Assembly (NCBI GenBank): GCA_051879475.1
Contig: JBJEMC010000013.1
Location: forward strand, 271-64,270
DNA length: 64,000 bases
Source of the DNA: Muricoprocola sp.
GTDB lineage: Bacteria; Bacillota; Clostridia; Lachnospirales; Lachnospiraceae
Direction: 5' to 3'
The notes beneath the pieces are model-generated. The model ran no database searches and was not told the DNA's origin. It saw only the letters and a program-made list of their open reading frames with translations. A program made the position numbers and the translations under genes. Shown here in pieces: positions 1 to 9,307 of this stretch (positions within the stretch are counted from its first letter, which is position 1; each line of letters opens with the position of its first letter).

Positions 1-1127
1 AACGGCGTCATATAAATTGGCTTTAGTTTTAACGTTCCAATCTTTCCTACATCCTTCTGTGACAATAAATACCGATCGCCGATTTGCCCGGAATATTTTT
101 TTTCAAATTGATCTATGGATTCATGATTCTTTACAGCTGATGATTTCACTTCTATTGGGACTACTTTATTTTTCGACGTAATCAGAAAATCAATTTCATA
201 GGAACGTGTGCTTTCTTTTTTTCTCCATGTGTGATAATACAAATCTTTCCCCGAAACTTTTATCATCTGTGCCACAACATTTTCATATAAATATCCTAAA
301 TCCGCAGGGAGTTTATCACTTAATAATTTTTTGTAAATATCTTCTATTCCATTTTCAGAATCATTAAACAACATCGTTGTAAACAAACCTATATCTGATA
401 AATACAACTTGAAGCAATCCATCTCTTTGGTTTGCGATAACGAAATACTCGGATTTGTCACATTATAACAGGGCAAAACGAGTCCTGAATCAATCAACTC
501 AAAGAGACGTTCTTCATCTTTTCTCGTTTTCTGTTTTCCAGTTGCAGCAGTGATTACATAATGCTTTTTCTTGCTTGCCAATTGACCTGGCACAGATTTA
601 TACATATCTGTAATCCGGCCAGAAGCATCAATTTTTTTCAAATCATCATAATACAGATTTAATATCTCTCGCTTCACCTTATCCACAGACTCAAAACTAT
701 TTGTTTCAATGTAACGTTCTACAGCCTGAGGCATTCCTCCTACCGCCATATAAATGCGGAAATCACGCATTGCATTTCGATTGGCAGTATTTCCCATTTC
801 CATATTACTTTTGTATGCCAGATTTATCACATTAGGATTTCCACCTGTCGCCCATAAAAACTCTTCATAGTCCATTGGATATACATTAATTTTATACTCT
901 TCTGAAGGAATGAGTATGTCTTTCACATTTTTCCTGATAGAAATCAAAGAACCTGTTTCAATATAATCATACCTTCCATCCTTCACAAGATGTTTTATGA
1001 CCTGCCTTGCCTTTGGAAATAACTGTATCTCATCAAAAATGATAACTGACTTCCTTTCAATCAGTTCTACACCCGTTTCTATCTGGAGTCTCAGAAAAAA
1101 TCTGTCTAATTTTGAAATATCACGAAC
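1..1127 (-). pseudogene. AAA_14/DUF4143-family ATP-binding protein; 5'-truncated (no Walker A), 3' end runs off the window
   Basis: Manual translation gives ...VRDISKLDRFFLRLQIETG...VIIFDEIQLFP...YDYIETGSLISI...YPMDYEEFLWA...YEIDFLI...VPIEVKS...LKPIYMTP. This includes Walker B, the TGS motif and a PD-(D/E)XK-like C-terminus. Both ends are in the same frame. It is absent from the ORF track because its stop lies outside the window. Confidence 0.8.
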
Positions 1128-1836
1128 TAAAGTAGGTGCATAGGCTCACCAGTAAAAAGCAGGCAGAAAACCACCGCTGTTGTAAATGATGCGGATGGTC
1201 TTTTCCAACCAGTTAAGATATTTCTTTCTGACCGTTTCGAGCAGTGGCTGGTCAGAGAAAAGGAAATCTTCACCAAGCCTGAGGATGCTGTATCCTGCAT
1301 TCCTGAGATATCCTTCCATGTTTGCAAGGTTCTGTTTGAACCATCGCAGCCAGTACAGCATGGTACTGACAGAAGGATAGTCTTCAGAATCCTGGTCATC
1401 AGGTGTTACGATTTCATCAATCACACCACTGATAACTTCTGCTTCATAGTGTTTATATGGAAGTAATATATCCGGAAGTTCATTATGGTAGTGCTTACAT
1501 GCAGTGCATCTGAATCTCCGGATACTCAGATAATCCCTGGATCCACCTTCATGTTTTCTTATACGAAGTCTGGAATCACGGTATCTGAGTTGGCCACCAC
1601 AGCAAGGACATCTTGGTACATGTTCACTGCTCTTAACAAAAAACGCCAGTTTCCTCATTGCGAATAAGCGTATACTCTGCTATAATAAACATGGTTTTTA
1701 CCAGGTCTCAGAGTACGCAACTTGTCAGGGAGGGTGCTCTGGGACTTTTTCTTTCTGTATGATAATGACAGTATACAGAGCAATCTGGCGACAAGCAACA
1801 AGATCTGTATTATGCTATTCTAAAGGAGCATCAACA
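1128..1836 (-). mobile_element. Remnant of a DUF6431/DDE-integrase/ExeA-type transposon (one end plus first gene only)
   Basis: DUF6431-like ORF, a candidate TG-starting end (TGTTGATGCTCC at 1836, minus strand), and an abrupt junction into the ATPase at about 1128. No integrase or ExeA gene is present. Confidence 0.55.
1146..1658 (-). CDS. DUF6431-like zinc-ribbon protein (transposon-associated)
   Basis: CPCC...RRFRCTAC...HNELPDILLPYKHY motifs. A possible true start at 1692 lies in another frame. Confidence 0.7.
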   Translation of the reverse strand: MRKLAFFVKSSEHVPRCPCCGGQLRYRDSRLRIRKHEGGSRDYLSIRRFRCTACKHYHNELPDILLPYKHYEAEVISGVIDEIVTPDDQDSEDYPSVSTMLYWLRWFKQNLANMEGYLRNAGYSILRLGEDFLFSDQPLLETVRKKYLNWLEKTIRIIYNSGGFLPAFYW

Positions 1837-1865
1837 ATTTATCAAGTTGCGGAATTAAAAAATCA

Positions 1866-1912
1866 GGATGCTATAAAACAATGATTTCACATCTGTTCTT
1901 ATAGCATCCTTT
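1866..1912 (-). terminator. Rho-independent terminator-like hairpin downstream of the Rpn gene
   Basis: Inverted repeat AGGATGCTATAA...TTATAGCATCCT with flanking A/T tracts. Confidence 0.6.
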
Positions 1913-2009
1913 TTCTCAAACTCATCCTCTTATCTACTTTGAGCCTTTATCTTTAGAATTCCATAGAATTCCTCCGTCTTTCCTCAAATCACTATAACTA
2001 TTCCGTTTC

Positions 2010-2216
2010 TTATTCTTCTATCAGAGATTCAAACTCTTCAATCGTTTTGGCTACTGCCGCTTTCTTTAAATAAGAGCGAAGTGTATCAAAGTTCTTCTCC
2101 TCCATTATTTTTTCACAAAGTTCGTCTGGTACCTTGCCCAAATCTGACAACAAATCCATGATATCCTCTGCTTTTCCTTCTGCCTTCTCATCCTTCAACA
2201 TCTCTTCAAACAGCAT
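2010..2216 (-). CDS. Putative nested in-frame small protein (RpnS-like, 68 aa)
   Basis: GGAGG at 2229-2225, 8 nt upstream of the in-frame ATG at 2216 (MLFEEMLKDE...). Confidence 0.55.
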   Translation of the reverse strand: MLFEEMLKDEKAEGKAEDIMDLLSDLGKVPDELCEKIMEEKNFDTLRSYLKKAAVAKTIEEFESLIEE

Positions 2217-2852
2217 ATAGCGTCCCTCCATTTCACGGTCTCTCTTGACACCTTCTACTGCTTCTTGAAGACGCTTCACAAAATCATACTGAACTTCCAC
2301 ATCATTCTCATAATAACCTGATTCCACATATTTCAAAAAGCATACCAATTCTTTTGATACATCTGATATATTCTTTCCCTTGGTGCTAAGAAAAATGGAA
2401 TGGTTTCCATCTCCTAAACTCAATGTAGAATCTTCTTTACATACTGATTCAAAAGTGTACTGATACTTTTCTTTTTTGAATGGATCAAAATCACAGATAA
2501 AAATCACATAAGAATCTGGCAGTTCCTCATATTCCATACCTGAGAGCAGAAGTTCTACGTCTATCTGACTATGATAATATCGAGTTCGTCTGCCAAGTTC
2601 CTTCTTTCTTTTTACTTGCATCTCAATATTATAGTGCGTGCGATTTTCGTCTGCTGCAATAATATCCAGCCGTACGCCTTTGTATTCAGGATGATATATA
2701 ATGCTTTTTTCCTTGTCAACTGCAATTTTTTCAATTGAAAAACCAAGTATCACTTCCAACAGTTCTTTGCAAAGGTCTTCGTTCACCATTACGGCTCCAA
2801 ACATAAAGTTGTCCTTAATGGTCAGTTCCTGCAGCTTCTTTCTTTTTGCCAT
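2010..2852 (-). CDS. Rpn family recombination-promoting nuclease / PD-(D/E)XK protein
   Basis: DNFMFGAVM, VRLDI, YNIEMQ, RTRYYHSQID and YVIFICDFDPF motifs. Confidence 0.9.
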   Translation of the reverse strand: MAKRKKLQELTIKDNFMFGAVMVNEDLCKELLEVILGFSIEKIAVDKEKSIIYHPEYKGVRLDIIAADENRTHYNIEMQVKRKKELGRRTRYYHSQIDVELLLSGMEYEELPDSYVIFICDFDPFKKEKYQYTFESVCKEDSTLSLGDGNHSIFLSTKGKNISDVSKELVCFLKYVESGYYENDVEVQYDFVKRLQEAVEGVKRDREMEGRYMLFEEMLKDEKAEGKAEDIMDLLSDLGKVPDELCEKIMEEKNFDTLRSYLKKAAVAKTIEEFESLIEE

Positions 2853-3005
2853 CTAATTCCCCCTTAGCGGAGAAATTCTATATAATTATTATACAAAAGA
2901 TATCTATCATCTGCAATATGAGATTATATTGCGCCTCCAAAAAGTATCATTATTTCAATATCTTTTTTACCAAAAAATATAATTATTTCAACATCAGAAT
3001 AAAAA

Positions 3006-3061
3006 TAAATAAAAACTGCCATCTAACATGCGCCAACATGCCAACAGCAGTTTTATTATTT
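3006..3061. repeat. About 55-bp terminator-like hairpin, copy 1
   Basis: AAAACTGCCATCTAACATGCGCCAACATGCCAACAGCAGTTTTATTATTT, near-identical to the copy at about 3601-3654. Confidence 0.85.
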
Positions 3062-3099
3062 GAATCTCCAGTGCCAGATGCCAATTCTGTGCCAACTGG

Positions 3100-3333
3100 T
3101 TACATTTTACTTTGAAACTCTCCGATGGAGTCCGACTTTAACGCTGCCTTGAACCATCTTGTAAGTACATCAATATTCTTTTCGTTTGAGATTTTAGCAC
3201 TTAATTCTTCTGAAATCTGCCCAAGCTCTTTCAAAACTTCCAGAATACATTCTGCTTTTCCATCGGCTTCGCCCTTTTTTATTAATTTGTCCGATTCCAG
3301 TTCCAGTACCTGTCCACCCATGATTTCTTCCAT
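3100..3333 (-). CDS. Orphan C-terminal module of an Rpn/PD-(D/E)XK-like protein (fragment or small antitoxin-like protein)
   Basis: GEADGKAECILEVLKELGQI...EKNIDVL..WFKAA...SIGEF resembles the C-terminus of 2010..2852 (GKAEDIMDLLSDLGKV...EKNFDTL..YLKKAA..TIEEF). Confidence 0.65.
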   Translation of the reverse strand: MEEIMGGQVLELESDKLIKKGEADGKAECILEVLKELGQISEELSAKISNEKNIDVLTRWFKAALKSDSIGEFQSKM

Positions 3334-3600
3334 TCCTTTCCTGATTTTTTCTGATTTCGAGAAAATATAGTCAGCTATCCGACTGATCAGTTCTTTGATA
3401 TCTAGGAATTCTTTTTCCTTTTAAAATTTTAAAATCAGATGCTCATTCCACCTCTAGAATATTTTTATGCTTATCGGGTGTATATTTAATTCTACCTATT
3501 CAGAATGTTATCATTTGTAAAAAATATTTTTTCCCCTTTGATTCATCTTAACACAAGGAATTTTCAAAATCTATAATTATTTCATCACCGGGATGAATAT

Positions 3601-3654
3601 AAATAAAACTGCCATCTAACATGTGCCAACATGCCAATAGCAGTTTTATTATTT
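3601..3654. repeat. About 55-bp terminator-like hairpin, copy 2
   Basis: AAATAAAACTGCCATCTAACATGTGCCAACATGCCAATAGCAGTTTTATTATTT. Confidence 0.85.
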
Positions 3655-3715
3655 TCATTTGATAAGAAGTCTTTATAACTTATAACTGAACTAATATAAC
3701 ACTTATTGAATTCCG

Positions 3716-4417
3716 TTATGACACTTCAAACCCTAAATAACCATAGGTTTTTGTGTTTAAATCCTGATAAGAAATAGAAACATGATCACCTTTTTTTAGT
3801 ATTGAATTACTTGTTATCTTTCGATTTTTGTAATTATCTTTATTCCATGCTGTAAAAGATATTATTTTATATCCTTTCTTAACTTTATATGTTAATTTCC
3901 CCGCTCCTATTTTACCATTGAACAGCCAATAAACACTGTTTTTTAAACTTACTTTTTTTAATTTGTTAAATTGAGATGCATTTTCTTTCCCTGCAATTTT
4001 AAAAGTAGAAAATGGATTTTTATATGTAACAAAATGATATTTAAGAGATTTTGTTGTTGTTTTTCCATTTGTTGTAACTTTTATGGTAATCGTAGCTTTT
4101 CCAGGTCCTTTAGGGATAACATCTGCACAAATATATTGTTCGTATCCCTCATAACCATTCGCATCATAATGCTTAGGATCCACATATCCAGTAGCAACCT
4201 TATTATTAGAACTGGTTACAGACACTTTTACATTATCATTTTTATGAAAAAAAATCAATGCAGTTGCGCCTTTTCCTCCTTGCATGCCAAGAATTCGATT
4301 CATCGTTTTTTCACTTACCTGATACACAGTCTTTGAATTAGCTGACGCAATTGTACCTGGATAGATTAACATTAAACACATCATTAAAAAAAGTACTAAT
4401 TTATTTGCCCTTTTCAT
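3716..4417 (-). CDS. Secreted Ig-like-domain hypothetical protein, paralog 1
   Basis: Signal peptide ending ASA; SSNNKVA...PKGPGKATITIKV; C-terminal YQDLNTKTYGYL. Start moved to the ATG at 4417 by alignment with the paralogs. Confidence 0.75.
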   Translation of the reverse strand: MKRANKLVLFLMMCLMLIYPGTIASANSKTVYQVSEKTMNRILGMQGGKGATALIFFHKNDNVKVSVTSSNNKVATGYVDPKHYDANGYEGYEQYICADVIPKGPGKATITIKVTTNGKTTTKSLKYHFVTYKNPFSTFKIAGKENASQFNKLKKVSLKNSVYWLFNGKIGAGKLTYKVKKGYKIISFTAWNKDNYKNRKITSNSILKKGDHVSISYQDLNTKTYGYLGFEVS

Positions 4418-4533
4418 AAACATTTCTCCCAACATAACTTTTTCTAAAACCTCTTATCAAATATTTTTATTGTATATCCATTCTGGTCATAATATCAATA
4501 CCACTAGTGGTGCATTCGACACATTGAATCATT

Positions 4534-5241
4534 TTATTTTACATCGAACCATAAATAACCATATGTGTTCGTCTTTAAATCCTTATAGCGTATGAAAACA
4601 AAATCACCCTTTTTTAATTCAAAATTATTCGTAATCTTTAAATTCCTGTACTCTTCTTCACCATCATTATCTGCATCCTCATTTCTACTTGCAGAAAAAT
4701 TTACAACTTTGTATCTGCTTTTCAGCTTATATGATAATTTCCCTGCTGTAATTTTTCCGGTGAAGTCCCAATATCCATCTCCAAAATATTCTGATTTTTT
4801 CAGCTTGTTAAACTGAGACGCCATTTCTTTTCCGTCTATTTTGAAGCTTGAAAATGGATTTTCATAAGCAGCAAAATTATATTTCAGTACTTTTTTATAC
4901 GTTTTTCCATTTACAATATATTTAACAGTAACTGTAGTTTTTCCAGGTGCTTTTGGAGTTACACTTAGCGAGGCTTCTTTCTCCTTTCCTTTGAGGTTCT
5001 TTGCAACATGTACCATAGCAACTTTTTTATTAGAATTTGTTACCGAGAACTTCACATTATCCTTCTCACCAAAAAGTATCCATACATCTGAGCCTTCTCC
5101 ATTATACATTGTAAATATTCTATTCAGTCTGTATTTATCTGGATAATATTTTATTGTTGCTTTCGCTGATGCCATTGTTCCTAAAGCTATCACCATTGCA
5201 AACGTCATTAAAAATACTACTAATTTTTTTGTTTTCTTCAT
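4534..5241 (-). CDS. Secreted Ig-like-domain hypothetical protein, paralog 2
   Basis: Signal peptide, GGAGGG RBS, motifs shared with both neighbours. Confidence 0.75.
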   Translation of the reverse strand: MKKTKKLVVFLMTFAMVIALGTMASAKATIKYYPDKYRLNRIFTMYNGEGSDVWILFGEKDNVKFSVTNSNKKVAMVHVAKNLKGKEKEASLSVTPKAPGKTTVTVKYIVNGKTYKKVLKYNFAAYENPFSSFKIDGKEMASQFNKLKKSEYFGDGYWDFTGKITAGKLSYKLKSRYKVVNFSASRNEDADNDGEEEYRNLKITNNFELKKGDFVFIRYKDLKTNTYGYLWFDVK

Positions 5242-5301
5242 AAACTTCCCTCCAGAAATATTTCAAAACTTCTTATCGTAACCAATAATTATTGGTTCAT
5301 T

Positions 5302-5997
5302 TTATGATACTTCAAATTCCAGATAACCGTAAGTGTTTGTCTTTAAATCTTTATATTGCATAGAAACACGATCACCTTTTTTTAATTCAAAATTATTTGT
5401 GATCTTTAACTCTTTCCACGCATCATTCTTCTCTCTATATGCCATAAAAGAAATAATTTTATATCTTTTGTTAACCTTATATGAGATTTTTCCTGCCTCA
5501 AATTTCCCATTAAGTACCCAATAAACTTCCTTCTCCTGTGATACCTTCTTTTTCAATTTGTCAAACTGGGAGGTTTTATCTTTCCCCGAAATTTTAAAGC
5601 TTGTAAAAGGATTCTGGTACGCTGCAAAATGATACTTAAGCGTTTTTACCGTAGTTTTTCCATTTGTTGTTACTTTTATGGTAATAGTAGTTTTTCCAGG
5701 CTTTTTCGGTACAACATCGATATAAATATCTCCCCCATATTCGTCCACATATTCGTCCACATGCCCAACAGCAACTTTATTATTAGAACTGGTTACTGAA
5801 GCCTTCACTTTATCATCCTTATCACAATGCACCATTGCAGTCACTCCCGGTTTCCCCTCTCGCATTCCGAGTATTCGATTCATTGTTTGTTTGCTCACTT
5901 GATATTCTATTTTTGCTTTCGCTGATGCTATTGTTCCTAAAGCTATCACCATTGCAAATGTCATTAAAAATACTACTAATTTTTTTGCTTTCTTCAT
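5302..5997 (-). CDS. Secreted Ig-like-domain hypothetical protein, paralog 3
   Basis: Signal peptide, GGAGGG RBS, motifs shared with both neighbours. Confidence 0.75.
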   Translation of the reverse strand: MKKAKKLVVFLMTFAMVIALGTIASAKAKIEYQVSKQTMNRILGMREGKPGVTAMVHCDKDDKVKASVTSSNNKVAVGHVDEYVDEYGGDIYIDVVPKKPGKTTITIKVTTNGKTTVKTLKYHFAAYQNPFTSFKISGKDKTSQFDKLKKKVSQEKEVYWVLNGKFEAGKISYKVNKRYKIISFMAYREKNDAWKELKITNNFELKKGDRVSMQYKDLKTNTYGYLEFEVS

Positions 5998-6084
5998 AAA
6001 CTTCCCTCCAAAAATATTTCAAAACTTCTTATCAAATAATTATTTACATCATAATTTGTACAAATCCACCTCTTTCCATAATTA

Positions 6085-6855
6085 TTAATATTCTTTCGTC
6101 CCCACACTTCCATCACTATAAGTGATATAAATTGTCCCATGTGAAGGGTCTGAACAATCTGGAATTTTTTCTTTGCTTACTACTTTCTTTCCTGAGGAGG
6201 ATGTTCCTCCTGTCGCTCCCTGTTGTGCATATGCGGCAGCTTCTTCTGCTTCTCTCTGGGCTTCCAACGCTGCTTCCTGTTGTTTTACTGCGTTGATTGC
6301 ATCCTGCTCATCTTCGCTGACGCAGGATTTTACAGAATAACCTACTTTATCTTTTTTCTCAATTTTATAATACTTCGCCGTTTCGCCGATCACCTTGATT
6401 TCGTCACCTCTGTAAATGGTATCTACGATTTCACTCTCGGATGAAACATCTGCCCTCAGATAAACATCATCTATCGCATAACAGGTAACGGGTTCACTGT
6501 ACTCTTTTTCTCCGGTCTGTCCGATTGTCATCTCTTTTCCACTGTTCAGGCTCAGATATTCAATAAAATAAAAATCATCTTCCTGAATAATACGTGAATC
6601 TGACATGATCTCAGGTCTTACCTTTTCAAACGTATATGCAAGGCCATCTTCTGCCTTTACCGTAAATGTATAAGTCTCTCCTTCTTCTGCACTGGCTGTG
6701 ATCTCTGTGATAGTAAGCTCAGATTCATTTACAATTGTGATTTCCTTTTCCTGATCGTAAGCAACCTGATATTCTTTTCCTTCTGCGAGTGCATTTCCAG
6801 CAAAAAGAAGCACCATACCAGATGCGATTACCATACCTTTTGTTATTTTCTTCAT
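6085..6855 (-). CDS. Secreted SH3b-domain protein
   Basis: Signal peptide ending ALA; VYLRADVSSESEIVDTIYRGDEIKVIGE..YYKIE...GY SH3b pattern. Confidence 0.75.
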   Translation of the reverse strand: MKKITKGMVIASGMVLLFAGNALAEGKEYQVAYDQEKEITIVNESELTITEITASAEEGETYTFTVKAEDGLAYTFEKVRPEIMSDSRIIQEDDFYFIEYLSLNSGKEMTIGQTGEKEYSEPVTCYAIDDVYLRADVSSESEIVDTIYRGDEIKVIGETAKYYKIEKKDKVGYSVKSCVSEDEQDAINAVKQQEAALEAQREAEEAAAYAQQGATGGTSSSGKKVVSKEKIPDCSDPSHGTIYITYSDGSVGTKEY

Positions 6856-6874
6856 AACATTTCTCCCTCCGTTT

Positions 6875-7813
6875 TTATTCCTGCATCAAAATATATCCAC
6901 CTGCAAGGCTTAATGATGTTACATAAGTTGTCTTTGCCGCTCTTTTACCTGGTGCTTTCATAAACCAGGAAACCAGCTGCTCTACTGTTAAATGGATTGT
7001 CTGTCCATATTTAGATTTGTTTTCTTTTCCATGCAGCGGGTTGATCAGCACTACTTTTCCATTTCTGTCAAGTCCTGTCAGCACAATGGCATGATGTGCA
7101 TTTGCCATAGCGATTCCATTAACTTTTTTATTGTGACATTTAATGATAACCGGAATCCCCTTTTCAAGATTCGCTGTGATATCCTTCACTGCTGATTCTG
7201 TTGTAAAAGAATATACAAATTTGTTTTTTATTCCCATATCCTTTAAAATCTGAGATGCCGTTGCCATGGAGATTGCTGCACGTTCATATAACCAGGTTGA
7301 ACCCTTCAATTTTCTTACCGCCGGACGTTCCCATTTCGTATGGATTGTTCTCGGCGAATCATTTTTTCCATATGAGGAAGCAACAATCGCCACTGCTGTC
7401 GTAACACAGCCCTGCTCTGCGATATATCTGCTATAGTTTCCCTGCTTATACATAGTATATTTTCTGGTGTTTTCTCCGGATTTTACTGTCAGTACTTTTC
7501 CGTCAACACAATAAGTATCTACGATAATCTTATAGATTGTGTTGTTTCCTTTTTCATTCTTGAAAATTACTTTTGTACTTCCAGGCGCAACTGCTGTTAC
7601 TTTTCCCGTCGCACTGACAACGGCAATGCTTTCATCCTTTGATGTCCATGTTCCTGCCTCTTCTGTATTAAGCTTTTTCTTCTCTCCCGCCACCATCGAA
7701 ACAGTAATTGTTTCATCTTTTTTGGGCTTTGATGCTGCAGATGTCGTCATTGTCATCATAAGTGTTAACATACATAATACAACAATAAAAAATCCTTTCC
7801 TAATTCGTTTCAT
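6875..7813 (-). CDS. Secreted Ig-like (Big_2) plus C39-like cysteine peptidase protein
   Basis: WTSKDESIAVVSATGKVTAVAPG (Big_2); QGCVTTAVAIV (Cys), HHAIVLTG (His), LINP. Confidence 0.75.
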   Translation of the reverse strand: MKRIRKGFFIVVLCMLTLMMTMTTSAASKPKKDETITVSMVAGEKKKLNTEEAGTWTSKDESIAVVSATGKVTAVAPGSTKVIFKNEKGNNTIYKIIVDTYCVDGKVLTVKSGENTRKYTMYKQGNYSRYIAEQGCVTTAVAIVASSYGKNDSPRTIHTKWERPAVRKLKGSTWLYERAAISMATASQILKDMGIKNKFVYSFTTESAVKDITANLEKGIPVIIKCHNKKVNGIAMANAHHAIVLTGLDRNGKVVLINPLHGKENKSKYGQTIHLTVEQLVSWFMKAPGKRAAKTTYVTSLSLAGGYILMQE

Positions 7814-9274
7814 TTCTCATCCCTCCATTTTTCAGTTCATTAATAACGCTCTCAATATACTTTCCTGTTTCTTTTCCTGTATAAAGTTCTTTCTCTGATA
7901 AGCTTGATGCATAATCCAAAAATGCCAGAAGTAAACTGGATTCTTCAAAAACAAGGTAAATATTCTGATGATAACTGTTTGTACACAGCAAATACCCTGC
8001 TGTACCGTTCACACAAATATGCAGATTGCCAGTGATATGTTCCAGAGGCTTTTTCAAAAGCCGATAATAATCAGAATCACAGTATGGAAGCATGGCATTC
8101 AAAAGCCTGATACGCTCTTCCACAGTAAATGGTCTGTATATTTCTTCAGGAATTTCCTGGAGTCTTCCGGTTTCTGCAAATCTTTGAATCCCCTGTTTTG
8201 TATGATAGATATGCATATTTGGATTTGGAATCCTGCTTCTGCTGGCAACAATAAATTCCTGTAGCATCGATAATAATGCGGTACGATTAGGCAAATCCTG
8301 ATATATTACCTTTTCCAGGATATCTGGTGAAATATACGGAATCAGACATGGTTCCGGCTGTATTGCAAAACTTGGTGACTCATCCCATCCCATCCCATAC
8401 TGCCAAGAACATTGCACTCTTCCACAACTGAATAAACAGGATGAAACAATTGTGTACATTTACTTTGATATGTATGGAACAGTTTCCACAGCATGGACAC
8501 CACTTTTGCATCATGGTACACGATTCCCATTCCCAAATCCGCAGTACATGTGATTGCATACTCTGATGTAAGAATCATACAGGGAAACCCATTAAAACTA
8601 TGATAGTGCGCATGAATGTCATCATAATAGTAATATAAGTCATATTGCTGCAGGTAAAGATACAGAGGAAGCACATATTTCAAATATGAGATATTTACAG
8701 TCACCTCTTCTTCTTCATCATCCAGGCAGATGATCTGCTGAATTTTCAAAGAATTTCCTGCAGATTTTAATCCAGCCAGAAATCCAAACAAAAAATCATT
8801 ATCCGGCTGTAGAAACAGTCCAATCTGTCCCTCTTTTTTATTAGCCTCTAAAATCAGTATGTGCTGCAGAATATGATTTACCTCCAGCTGATTTGAAAGG
8901 GCCATACACGATTGCATCGTATCCCATTTTTCCACATCTAACCCAACCGATACCATCGGAAGCGGGGGAACATCTGGCAGTTGCAAGTGCTCCTGATATT
9001 CCCTTATGAATTTTTCTACACTTTTTCTTCGAAAATAAACTGTCTCTCCCAGCAACGTAATCTCATAGGCCTGTCTGAGCTCATCATATTCTGATGGTGC
9101 AAGATGCATAAAATCACACATGCGCTTAAAATTTTCTTCCGAAGGAGGATTACGCTTTCCATTTATGATTTTGTACATCGTAGAACGATCCGTATGGCAA
9201 TACTGCGCCATAGGATATATCTGAATCCTTTTTTTCTGAATAAGCTCTCTTAATACATTCGAAAACTCTGACAT
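7800..9274 (-). pseudogene. XRE-type HTH transcriptional regulator split by a 5-bp repeat frameshift (ORFs 8342..9274 and 7800..8459)
   Basis: N-terminal HTH (MAQYCHTDRSTMYKIINGKRNPP). Removing one ATGGG unit at 8381-8398 fuses both ORFs into 489 aa (...LGSMGWDESPSFAIQPEPC...). Confidence 0.8.
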
Positions 9275-9307
9275 CTCTCTCTTTCCTTTTCTTGTCTATG
9301 ATTGTAT

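Noticed and set aside
5737-5762. 12-bp tandem duplication encoding VDEY-VDEY in paralog 3
   Set aside because: It is in frame with only two copies and is treated as part of the loop variability already reported.
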